Source: Nannocystis bainbridge
GTDB taxonomy: Bacteria; Myxococcota_A; Polyangia; Nannocystales; Nannocystaceae
Assembly: GCF_028368995.1 (NCBI RefSeq)
Contig: NZ_JAQNDL010000001.1
Span: 1,312,001-1,376,000 of the forward strand
Direction: 5' to 3'
DNA length: 64,000 nt
Shown: one piece after another, positions 28,857-39,787 of the stretch
Position numbering within the stretch: the stretch's first letter is position 1
Layout: each line of letters opens with the position of its first letter
The notes under the pieces: generated by a model
Databases searched by the model: none
Told to the model about the DNA's origin: nothing
The model's input: the letters and a program-made list of their open reading frames with translations, nothing else
Program-made: the position numbers and the translations under genes

Positions 28857-30071
28857 ATGCGTCCCCAGTCCTTCCGCAACCCATCCTCAGTCCTGCTCTC
28901 ATTCGCCTTGCTGTTCGGCCTCGCCTGCCAGATCGAGCTCAAGGGCGGCGACACGGCCGGCCTCGACGACGACGACACCTCCGGCGGCATGCAGCCCGTC
29001 TGCGATCCCAATCAGGTCATGGACCCCGATTGTTGGGACGGCGCCTGCGACCCGAACAACGCCGACAACGACCCCGACTGCTGGACGCCGCCAGGCGACG
29101 GCGTCTGCGAGATGGAGCCGAACGACCCGGATTGTCAGCCGCCGTGCCAGGGCGACGAGTGCCCCGACAACGTCTGCGATCCGATGAACCCTGCCGATCC
29201 CGACTGCGGCAGCGGCGGCGACGGCTGGTGCGACCTCGACATCATGGGCGACCCCGACTGCGGCGACGGCGTCTGCAACCCGATGAACCCCGGCGACCCC
29301 GACTGCCAGAGCTGCGACCCCAACCTGCCCGGGTGCGGCGGCGACGGCATGTGCGATCCGATGGACCCCGCCGATCCCGACTGCCAGAACCAGTGCAGCG
29401 CCGACGCCGACTGCCCGCAAGCCCAGGTGTGCATCAACGGCGCCTGCCAGTGCGCCGACCCGATGGATCCGAATTGCGGCGGCGGCGACGGCTGGTGCGA
29501 CATCGACATCATGGGCGACCCCGACTGCGGCGACGGCGTGTGCAACCCGATGAACCCCGCCGATCCCGACTGCCAGAACAGCTGCCCGCCCGGCGATCCC
29601 AATTGCCCCGACAACGTCTGCGACCCCGCCAACCCCATGGACCCCGACTGCTGGTTCATGTGCGTCGCCGACTCCGACTGCCCCATGGGACAGGTGTGCA
29701 TCGAGGGCCTGTGCGGCTGCGCCGACCCGAACGACCCCCAGTGCGGCGGCTCCGACGGCGTGTGCGACCCGATGAACCCCGCCGATCCCGACTGCTTCCA
29801 GTGCGACCCCGCCGATCCCATGTGCTTCGACGGCTTCTGCGATCCCATGCTGCCGGGCGACCCCGACTGCGGCTTCGTCTGCACCAGCGACGCCGACTGC
29901 GGCCCCGGCAACGTGTGCGTCAACGGGGCCTGCGAGTGCTTCGGCGTGTCCTGCCCGGACGGCGTGTGCGACCCGAACGCGCCCCAGGACCCCGACTGCC
30001 AGCCCCCGGCCTGCATGAGCGACGCCGACTGCCCGCTCGCGCAGGCCTGCCTCATGGGTCTGTGCCTGTGA
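28857..30071 (+). CDS. Asp/Cys/Pro-rich DPDC-repeat lipoprotein 2
   Basis: FGLAC lipobox; about 13 DPDC motifs; four CxxDxDCxxxxxCxxGxC modules. Confidence 0.85.
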   Translation: MRPQSFRNPSSVLLSFALLFGLACQIELKGGDTAGLDDDDTSGGMQPVCDPNQVMDPDCWDGACDPNNADNDPDCWTPPGDGVCEMEPNDPDCQPPCQGDECPDNVCDPMNPADPDCGSGGDGWCDLDIMGDPDCGDGVCNPMNPGDPDCQSCDPNLPGCGGDGMCDPMDPADPDCQNQCSADADCPQAQVCINGACQCADPMDPNCGGGDGWCDIDIMGDPDCGDGVCNPMNPADPDCQNSCPPGDPNCPDNVCDPANPMDPDCWFMCVADSDCPMGQVCIEGLCGCADPNDPQCGGSDGVCDPMNPADPDCFQCDPADPMCFDGFCDPMLPGDPDCGFVCTSDADCGPGNVCVNGACECFGVSCPDGVCDPNAPQDPDCQPPACMSDADCPLAQACLMGLCL

Positions 30072-30103
30072 GCCGCCCGCGCTGCTAACATCCGCCGCCC
30101 CGC

Positions 30104-31288
30104 ATGACGCAGGCGGCGCTCCTCCTCGCGGCGCTGCTCGCCGCTCCTGCTCCGGCGACGCCGACCCTCGCGCCGCCGGCCGCGGCCCTGCGCGCGCCCA
30201 CGCTCGTCGTGCGCGCGCGCGGCCTCGACGAGCGGGCCCTCGCCGGCGCCCTGCGGCCGCGCTCCGGCGGCGCCGAGGTCGTGCTCTTGCGCGACGTCGC
30301 CAGCGTCGACCCCGACCACACCTTCGTCGAGGTCGAGCAGCAGGCCGGCGAGCTCGCCGTCACCGTCATCCTCGGCGACGGTCGCGTGTTCGTCCGGCGC
30401 GGTCCCGGCGGCGGCCCGCGCGACGCCGCCCGCCTGTGCGCCTCGATGCTGGCCGCCATCGCCGACGACGCCCTCGCCCCCCTGCCCGAGCGGGCCGCCA
30501 GCCCCGCCCTCGCCGCAGCGCCTTCGGGACAGGTCCCCGAGGACATGTCCCAAGAGCCCGACGCTGCGGACGCCGGTCTCACCGTGACGACACCTCCCGC
30601 CCCGCCGCAGGTCGTCCCGCCACCACCTGACCCCGAGAACATGTCCCCCGCGCCAGCCGCCGAGGACCTCGTCGAGCCGACCCCCGCGCCGGTCGCTGCC
30701 TCACCTGGCCAGGAGGACAGGCGACTCGCGCTCACCGTCGGGCTCGCCGGCGGGCCGCTCTTTGGCCTCCGTCCCGACCCCGGCGTGCGCGGTGGCGGTG
30801 GCGAGGTCCGCGTCGATCTCCGCGGATCGCGGCCGTGGCTCGTCACCGCGGGCCTGCGCGCGATCGGTCAGACGGCCGTCAGCACGGGTTTGCAAAGTCG
30901 TGAAGAGCGCTTCGGGCTCGCCCGCGTGCGCGTCAGTTTTGGGGTCGGTGCGTGGCTCGTGCGGCGCCGGTTCGAGCTGCGCGCGACCGCGAGCCTCTCG
31001 CTCGAGCCGTGGTGGATCACCCACCATAGTCGTCGCGTCGCCCTCGGCGAATCCACAGTTCCCGCGCCGCTGCTCGGCGGGCTCGTCCGTATCACTCCGA
31101 CCTTCGTGGTCTCGCAGCGGATGAGTCTGGGCCTATTCGCCGAGCTGGCCGCCAGCGCGACCCCGACCGGCAACGCCGTGCGCGTCCGCTTCGGGGACGC
31201 GCGCATCTTCAGCGCAGGCGGCATCGAACTCGGCTTCGGCATCGAGCTGCGTGTGCGTGCGTGGTCGAAACCGCCAAAACAGGGGTAA
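30104..31288 (+). CDS. Secreted protein with a putative C-terminal outer-membrane beta-barrel
   Basis: Signal peptide, Pro-rich linker, amphipathic beta-strand pattern in the C-terminal half. Confidence 0.6.
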   Translation: MTQAALLLAALLAAPAPATPTLAPPAAALRAPTLVVRARGLDERALAGALRPRSGGAEVVLLRDVASVDPDHTFVEVEQQAGELAVTVILGDGRVFVRRGPGGGPRDAARLCASMLAAIADDALAPLPERAASPALAAAPSGQVPEDMSQEPDAADAGLTVTTPPAPPQVVPPPPDPENMSPAPAAEDLVEPTPAPVAASPGQEDRRLALTVGLAGGPLFGLRPDPGVRGGGGEVRVDLRGSRPWLVTAGLRAIGQTAVSTGLQSREERFGLARVRVSFGVGAWLVRRRFELRATASLSLEPWWITHHSRRVALGESTVPAPLLGGLVRITPTFVVSQRMSLGLFAELAASATPTGNAVRVRFGDARIFSAGGIELGFGIELRVRAWSKPPKQG

Positions 31289-31461
31289 GCGCAGGGCGCC
31301 GCTGGCAGCCCCGTGTTCCCCGTGCGGGCCTCTGCATTCGAACGCCTGGCGCCCAGGCTCATCCGCAAAGTTGTGACGTGGACTACGGCCCCCGTGACAT
31401 GCGCGGTTGCTCGACCTCCGCCCCCCTCTTGTTCTTGCCACGACATTGGCCTATAGCGGCG

Positions 31462-33198
<1,737 letters not shown>

Positions 33199-33219
33199 TC
33201 CGGCGCGGCTCGCCGCGTA

Positions 33220-33250
33220 AGACCCGCCTGCGCGCCGCGCCGGCGGGTCT
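33220..33250. terminator. Hairpin between convergent genes, probable terminator
   Basis: AGACCCGCC...GGCGGGTCT stem. Confidence 0.5.
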
Positions 33251-33256
33251 CTTCGT

Positions 33257-34111
33257 TCATTCGTCGTAGTTGTACGCCACCGAGTATTCGACGCAGGCGT
33301 CGGCCGGCGCCTGGTCGAGGCGGATGAACACCCGCGCGTTGTCGTTCAGGAGCGTGCAGTCGAGGTTGAAGTCGACGTCGCCGTCGCCGCAGCAGCCGGG
33401 GTGACCGCCGGGCGAGGCGACCTCGCTGGTGCCGTTGGGACAGTTGATGTTGGCGGTGCCCTGGTCGCAGTCGGCGAACACGCACAGGCGCACGTCGTCG
33501 CTGGCGGTCAGCGTGTGCGCGGTGTTGGGGCCGATGACGCACAGCGCGTTCCACACCCCGTAGTATGAGAACCAGTCGGCGTCGCCGTCGCCGTCGAGCA
33601 CGCCCTCGACCGTCTGCGCCATCGCCCCGCAGCCCTGCTCGCCGAGGTCGATCGCGTTGGCCTCGCTGTTGTTCGGCTCCGGCCCCGGGTCGTCGCAGGT
33701 CGGCCCGCCGGTGGTCGTCGTGGCGTCGGTGTCCCCCTCCGTCGTCGTCCCCTCCGTCGTCGTCGCGGCCTCGGTGGTGCTCGCGGTCGGCTCCAGCGTG
33801 CCTTCGCCGTTGGAGTCCGAGCCCCCGCCCTCGCACTCGCACATCCCGTAGCTCTTGCCGTCGGGGTTGCAGTCCTGCGAGCCCATGTTGCCGGTCGGGC
33901 ACGTGCACGCGGCGCTCGACCCCGGCACGCACAGCTGGCCGCTCCCGCTGGTCGTCGGCGTGGCGGTCGTCGAGGTGTCGGTGTCGGTCCCGGTGCCCGT
34001 GCTGGTCCCGGTCCCGGTCTCGCTGGCGCCGTCGGTGCCGGTCTGGTCGGGGACTTCGCCGCACGCGACGGCCGCGAGCGCGCTGAGGAAGACGAAGGGA
34101 GAGATCCGCAT
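33257..34111 (-). CDS. Cys/Thr-rich myxobacterial lipoprotein
   Basis: AAVAC lipobox, CVPG..ACTC..G.Q.C..DG module, EPNN / DADWF pre-peptidase-like domain. Confidence 0.8.
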   Translation of the reverse strand: MRISPFVFLSALAAVACGEVPDQTGTDGASETGTGTSTGTGTDTDTSTTATPTTSGSGQLCVPGSSAACTCPTGNMGSQDCNPDGKSYGMCECEGGGSDSNGEGTLEPTASTTEAATTTEGTTTEGDTDATTTTGGPTCDDPGPEPNNSEANAIDLGEQGCGAMAQTVEGVLDGDGDADWFSYYGVWNALCVIGPNTAHTLTASDDVRLCVFADCDQGTANINCPNGTSEVASPGGHPGCCGDGDVDFNLDCTLLNDNARVFIRLDQAPADACVEYSVAYNYDE

Positions 34112-34366
34112 GGTCTCCCCAGTATCACAGCAGGGTGACGCTCACGAGCGCGGCGTGCGAGGACGCGATGCGCCCCGACATCGCCGTACCCCCCTCCCGG
34201 GCCCAGCGAGCGCGACCGGAGTGCAACGAGTTCCACTCGCCCGAATGGCGGCACTCGACTTCGCCGCTGGCGACCTCGATCGATTCGCCGCGCTCGCAAT
34301 CACCGCACCGTGAACGCCGCCGCGCGGGGGCTGCATTCGACATCCCGCAATTGCTAACCTGCGCCC

Positions 34367-35020
34367 GTGGCCGACACGATCGATTTCTTCTTCGACGTCA
34401 TCTCGCCCTACGTGTACCTCGCCGACGCCCTGCTGCCGGGGCTGCGCGCGCGCCATCCGGGCCTCGTGATCGTGCATCGACCGGTCCTGTTCGCCGGCCT
34501 GCTCAAGCACTGGGGGCAGCTCGGCCCGGCCGAGATCGCCAGCAAGCGGGTGTTCATGTTCAAGGACATCCTGCGCCGCGCCGCCGAGCACGACCTCCCG
34601 CTGCGCGGCCCCGCCTCGCACCCGTTCAACCCCCTGCTCGCGCAGCGCACCATCCTCGCCGCCGCGCCGGAGCAGCGGGCCGCGGCGACCACCGCGATCG
34701 CGCGCGCCGGCTGGGCCGAGGGCGCCGAGCTCGGCGACCCGGCGACGATCGTCGCCGCCCTCGATCGCGCCGGTCTGCCCGGCGCCGCCCTGGTCGCCCG
34801 CGCCGGCGAGGCCGACATCAAGGCCGCGCTGGTCCGCGAGACCGAGCAGGCCATCGCCCTCGGCGTGTTCGGCGTGCCGAGCTTCCTCGTCCGCGGCGAG
34901 CTCGTGTGGGGCCAGGACCGCCTGCGCGACGTCGAGGCCATCCTCGCCGGGCGCGACCCGGTGACCCCCGCCGCGGTCGAGTCGCTGCTGACCCGCCCCG
35001 CGTCGGCCAACCGCCGCTGA
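34367..35020 (+). CDS. DsbA-like 2-hydroxychromene-2-carboxylate isomerase (GST-kappa) family
   Basis: FFFDVISPYVY, HPFNPL, GVFGVPSF, WGQD. Confidence 0.9.
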   Translation: MADTIDFFFDVISPYVYLADALLPGLRARHPGLVIVHRPVLFAGLLKHWGQLGPAEIASKRVFMFKDILRRAAEHDLPLRGPASHPFNPLLAQRTILAAAPEQRAAATTAIARAGWAEGAELGDPATIVAALDRAGLPGAALVARAGEADIKAALVRETEQAIALGVFGVPSFLVRGELVWGQDRLRDVEAILAGRDPVTPAAVESLLTRPASANRR

Positions 35021-35021
35021 T

Positions 35022-38000
35022 TCACACGTCGAGCGGGTAGTTCTCGAGCGACTCCGGCGCGCGTGGCGGCGGCGGCGGCGGCTTCTTGCCCTTCACCAGG
35101 TCCCACCACGCCCCCACGCCTGCGCGCAGGTCCTCGACCGCGAGGTACAGCGCCGGCACCAGGACCAACGTGATCCCGGTCGCGAACATCACCCCGAAGC
35201 CGAGGCTGATCGCCATCGGGATGAGGAAGCGGGCCTGGACCGACGGCTCGAGGATCATCGGCATCAGCCCGAAGAAGGTCGTCACCGACGTCAGCAAGAT
35301 CGGCCGGAACCGGCGCACGCCGGCGGCGATGACCGCCTCGAAGTGACCGAGCTTGCGCGTGCGGCGGAACTCGTTGGTCGCGTCGATCAGCACCAGCGAG
35401 TCGTTCACGACCACCCCCGACAGCGCCACCATGCCCATCATGCTCATCATGCTCAGCTCGTAGCCGAGCAGGATGTGGCCGCCGATCGCCCCGACCAGGC
35501 CGAACGGGATCGCGGCCATGACGATGAGCGGCTGCACGTAGCTGCGGAACGGGATCGCCAGCAGGGCGTAGATCGCCAGCAGGGCCATCAGCGCGCCCGT
35601 CTTGAGGCTGGCGAACGACTCGGCCTGCTCGCGGTTCTCGCCGCCCATCTGCCAGCTGAGGCCCGGGTACTTGTCGGCCAGCCCGTCGAGCAGCTCCGCC
35701 TTGAGCTTGCCGTTGACCATGCCCGGGGTCGCCTCGCCCTCGCGCAGCTCGGCGGTGACGTGGACGATGCGCTTGCCGTTGGCGCGCTCGATCGACGGCC
35801 AGCTGCGGCCGCGCTCGATCACCGCCGCCTCGTTGAGCGGCACCTCCCCGCCCTGCGGCGTGCGGATCAGCAGCTCCTCGATGTCGTGCTCGCTGCGCCG
35901 CTCGTCGAGCGGCAGGCGGGCGATCACCCGCACCTCGTCGCGGCCGTCCTGCTGGCGCAGCGCCTCGGCGCCGAAGAACGCCCCGCGGACCTGGCGGGCG
36001 ATGTCCGTCGAAGTCAGCCCGAGCGTGCGCGCCTCGGGCGTCAGCGTCAGGTCGAGCTGCGGCTTGCCGAGCGCGACCCCGTTCTCGACGTCGTGCACCC
36101 CGGCGTAGCCGCGCAGCACCGCGGTCACCTCGTCGGCGGCCCGCTCGAGCACTTCCTCGTCGACGTGGCTCAGCTCGACGTCGACCGGCTTGCCGGCGCT
36201 CGGGCCCATGTTGGCGCTGAAGTTGATCGTCTTCGCCTCGGGCACCGGTCCGACGCGCTTGCGCCACTCGGCCGCGAAGTCACCGGTCTTGAAGTCGCGC
36301 AGGTCGCTCGGCACGAAGAACACGCGCACGTTGGCGACGTGGCCGCCCGAGGCCCCGCTGGCGCCGCCCGGGCCCATCACCGGCCCGCGCGAGCCGACCT
36401 GGGCGAACAGCCCGCGCAGCACCTCGTCGCCGCCGTACTCCTTCACGACCTCCTGGGCCGCGCGGACCATGCGCTCCTGGACCCGGCGGGTCTGCTCGAC
36501 CGACGACCCGTACGGCAGCTCGACCGCCGCGGTGACGACGTCGCCCTCGATGCCGGGCAAGAAGCGGAACCCGATCAGCCCCGACGCGACGTACGTCAGC
36601 GTCAGCAGCAGCGTCGCCACCCCGAGCGTCAGCGTGAAGTAGCGGAACCGCAGCGCCGCGCGGGCGAACGGCGTGTAGACCTTGTCGATGAAGCGGTCGA
36701 GCGCGACCACGAAGCGCTGCTGGAACTTGAAGATCGCCCCGTAGACGCCGCCCTCGGGCCGGGTCAGGTGCCCGAGGTGGGCCGGCAGGATCAACAGCGA
36801 CTCGACCAGCGAGAAGATCAGCACCGTGATCACGATGACCGGGATCACGTTCATGAACTTGCCCATGAAGCCGGGCAGGAAGAACAGCGGCGTGAACGCG
36901 GCGACCGTGGTCAGCACCGAGAACACCACCGGGATGCCGACCTCGCGCGCGCCGCCGACCGCCGCGTCGATGTACGCCTCGCCGCGCTGGGCCCGCTCGA
37001 AGATGTTCTCGCCGATCACGATCGCGTCGTCGACGACCATGCCGAGCACGATGATGAAGGCGAACAGCGAGATCATGTTCACCGACACGCCGAGCAGCGG
37101 CATCAGGAACAGCGCGCCGAGGAACGACGTCGGGATGCCCCACGCGACCCACAGCGCCACCCGGATCTCGAGGAACAGGCTGAGGCACAGCACCACCAGG
37201 ATCAGCCCGCTCCGCGCGTTGCGCATCAGCAGGTCCATGCGCTGGGCGTAGATCTCGGACATGTCCTGCCACTGGGCGATCGACACGCCCGCGGGCAGCT
37301 GCGCCTGGTACTTCGCGGTCAGCTCGCGCACCGCCTCGGCGACCGCGAGCGGCTTCTGCGAGCCGATCCGGTACACGCGGATCATCACCGCCGACATGCC
37401 GGCGAAGCTGGCCGACTCGTCGGTCTCGGCGAACGTCTCGCGCACGCGGGCGATGTCGCCGAGGCGGACCTCGGTGCCGGCGGTGCCGGTGACCACCGGG
37501 ATCTCGGAGAACCCGCGCTCGTCCTCGCGGCGCTCGTCGGTGCGGACCAGGACCTCGCCGGTGGCCGTCTTGACCCCGCCGCCGGGCAGCTGCAGCGACG
37601 TCTGGCTGACCTTCTGGGCGATCTGCTCGAGCGTCAGGTTGTGCACCCGCAGCTGCTCGCGCGGGACCTCGATCGAGATCTCTTTCTTCGGCGCGCCGGC
37701 GAGGTCGGCCTGGGTGATCCGCGGATCGGAGAGATAGACGTCGCGGGCCTGCTCGGCGATCCGGCGCAGCACCCGCAAGTCCTGCTCGCCGTAGACCACC
37801 ATCGAGATCACCTCGGAGCGGTTCGTGACCAGGCTGACGACCGGCCGCTCGGCGTCCTTCGGCAGCGAAGTGATGCGGTCCACCGCCGACTTCACGTCGG
37901 CCAGCACCTTCTCGTCGTCGGCGTCGATCGTCAGCTCGGCGCTGATGCGGGCCGCGCCCTCCGACGCGACCGCGACCACGCGCTTGACCCCGTCGATGCC

Positions 38001-38258
38001 GCGGACCGCCTCCTCGACCGCGAGCACGATGCCCTGCTCGACCTCGGCCGGGCTGGCGCCGGGGTACGGCACGCTGATCGAGACCATGTCGAGCTCGGTC
38101 TCGGGGAACACCTCCTGCTTGACGCGGCCGGCCATCAGCAGGCCGCCGACCAGCAGGAGGATCATCAGCAGGTTGGCGGCGACCGGGTTCTTCGCCATCC
38201 AGGCGATCGGGCCGCTGCCAGTCACCATGCCGGACGCACCTGAAGAATTCGAGTCCAT
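35022..38258 (-). CDS. RND efflux transporter permease (AcrB/D/F family)
   Basis: 1078 aa; GMVVDDAIVIGENI, RFRPILLTS, AISLGFG. Confidence 0.95.
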   Translation of the reverse strand: MDSNSSGASGMVTGSGPIAWMAKNPVAANLLMILLLVGGLLMAGRVKQEVFPETELDMVSISVPYPGASPAEVEQGIVLAVEEAVRGIDGVKRVVAVASEGAARISAELTIDADDEKVLADVKSAVDRITSLPKDAERPVVSLVTNRSEVISMVVYGEQDLRVLRRIAEQARDVYLSDPRITQADLAGAPKKEISIEVPREQLRVHNLTLEQIAQKVSQTSLQLPGGGVKTATGEVLVRTDERREDERGFSEIPVVTGTAGTEVRLGDIARVRETFAETDESASFAGMSAVMIRVYRIGSQKPLAVAEAVRELTAKYQAQLPAGVSIAQWQDMSEIYAQRMDLLMRNARSGLILVVLCLSLFLEIRVALWVAWGIPTSFLGALFLMPLLGVSVNMISLFAFIIVLGMVVDDAIVIGENIFERAQRGEAYIDAAVGGAREVGIPVVFSVLTTVAAFTPLFFLPGFMGKFMNVIPVIVITVLIFSLVESLLILPAHLGHLTRPEGGVYGAIFKFQQRFVVALDRFIDKVYTPFARAALRFRYFTLTLGVATLLLTLTYVASGLIGFRFLPGIEGDVVTAAVELPYGSSVEQTRRVQERMVRAAQEVVKEYGGDEVLRGLFAQVGSRGPVMGPGGASGASGGHVANVRVFFVPSDLRDFKTGDFAAEWRKRVGPVPEAKTINFSANMGPSAGKPVDVELSHVDEEVLERAADEVTAVLRGYAGVHDVENGVALGKPQLDLTLTPEARTLGLTSTDIARQVRGAFFGAEALRQQDGRDEVRVIARLPLDERRSEHDIEELLIRTPQGGEVPLNEAAVIERGRSWPSIERANGKRIVHVTAELREGEATPGMVNGKLKAELLDGLADKYPGLSWQMGGENREQAESFASLKTGALMALLAIYALLAIPFRSYVQPLIVMAAIPFGLVGAIGGHILLGYELSMMSMMGMVALSGVVVNDSLVLIDATNEFRRTRKLGHFEAVIAAGVRRFRPILLTSVTTFFGLMPMILEPSVQARFLIPMAISLGFGVMFATGITLVLVPALYLAVEDLRAGVGAWWDLVKGKKPPPPPPRAPESLENYPLDV

Positions 38259-38292
38259 GGCGCTCCTCGCTGCGTCCGCAGCCGGTCTCGTG

Positions 38293-39543
38293 TCAGTTGC
38301 TCGGCTGCGGCTTGGCGGCCGCGATCAGCGGCGGCGCGTCGCCCTCGATCGTCACTTGCAAGCCCTCGGTCGGGGTCGCCAGCGGCGTGGTCACGATCGC
38401 CTCGCCGGCCGCCAGCCCGCGCGCCAGCACCGTCGTCGCCGAGCGCCACACCACCTCGACCGCGCGCAGCGTCAGCTTGCCGTCGACCACCAGCCACACC
38501 TTGTCGTCGTCGACCATGGCGACCCGCGGGACCTCGGTGGTGTCGACCAGCGGCTGGCCGGCCAGCTCGACGCGCACCGAGCTGCCGAGCAGCAGCGGCA
38601 GGCGCGGGGTCGGGGCCGCCGCGGCCGGTGCGTCGCTGACCTTTGGGACCTGTCCGTAGAGACCTGTCCCGAGAGGATCGGGGACCGCCACCAGCACCCG
38701 GGCCATGCGACCGCGCGCGTCGACCTGGCCGAGCAGGCGCTCGACGTAGCCCTCGCGCTCGATGACCACGCCGGCGCCGGCGTCGTGGATGACCCGAGCC
38801 GGCGAGCCGCGCAGGCCGGTCGTGTTGACGCCGGGGATCTCCAGGTGCACGAGCTGCGACACCGGCACCGCGATCTCGACCCAGTAGCGGTCGATCGCCA
38901 CCAGCGTCGCCAGCTGCGTCTGCGTCGTCACCACCTGCCCGAGCTCGACGGTCGCGTCGGTCACCATCGCGTCGAACGGCGCGCGGACCATCGTCCGCCC
39001 GAGGTCGCGCCGGGCCCGGCCGAACTGCTCGCGGGCGGCTTCGACGTTGGCCTGGGCGCTGCGCACGTGGACGTCTCGCAGCGCGAACTCGCGCGCGTGA
39101 TCGGCCAGCGCGTCGGAGCGGCCCTGCCACTCGTATTCGGCGACCGTCTTGCGCCCGCGTTCGTCGGCGAGAGCGACCGAGGCCTGCTCGAGCGCGGCCC
39201 GCTGCGACGCGACCTGGGCCGACACGTCGCGCGCGTCGATGCGGATCAGCGGGTCGCCGCGGCGCAGCAGGCCGCCGGGGGCGAGCCCGTCGCTGCGCTC
39301 GACGACGCGGCCGTTGACCTCCGACGTGACGCGCAGCTGATGGACCGGCTTGACCTCGCCGAGCCCGCGCACGGTCACCGGATGCGCGCCGGGCAGCGCC
39401 CGTTGCACGACCACCGGCACGCTGCGGCGCTCGCTGGGCACCGCCTTGACCTCGGGCTTCATGCCGCGGATGACCTGCATCATCACGAACGCGACGACCA
39501 CGACCATGACGATCAGGACACCTTGAGCCAGCGCTCGCTTCAT
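38293..39543 (-). CDS. RND periplasmic adaptor (membrane fusion protein)
   Basis: N-terminal TM, SEVNGRVV, VRAPFDA, GLAAGE; directly upstream of the RND permease. Confidence 0.9.
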   Translation of the reverse strand: MKRALAQGVLIVMVVVVAFVMMQVIRGMKPEVKAVPSERRSVPVVVQRALPGAHPVTVRGLGEVKPVHQLRVTSEVNGRVVERSDGLAPGGLLRRGDPLIRIDARDVSAQVASQRAALEQASVALADERGRKTVAEYEWQGRSDALADHAREFALRDVHVRSAQANVEAAREQFGRARRDLGRTMVRAPFDAMVTDATVELGQVVTTQTQLATLVAIDRYWVEIAVPVSQLVHLEIPGVNTTGLRGSPARVIHDAGAGVVIEREGYVERLLGQVDARGRMARVLVAVPDPLGTGLYGQVPKVSDAPAAAAPTPRLPLLLGSSVRVELAGQPLVDTTEVPRVAMVDDDKVWLVVDGKLTLRAVEVVWRSATTVLARGLAAGEAIVTTPLATPTEGLQVTIEGDAPPLIAAAKPQPSN

Positions 39544-39787
39544 CGTCGGGGGGCTCCGTTTGCCCGTGGGGCATAGCGCGGGCGCCTCCGGAAGTACATC
39601 GTTTCCCCGGAGCCGCCGACGTCGGAAACCTCCGGTCCCGGCGGCGAAACCGGCGCCGTGTCCCGCGGACGCCTCCGCGTCGCGACGGGGGTTTTCTCTT
39701 GCGCGCGCGGGACGATCTCGCGCCGCCCGGGGTCGCGCTGCGGTAGTCTCGGCGAGCACGCCGAGGCGTCGGGCTCGGGCGACGGAC

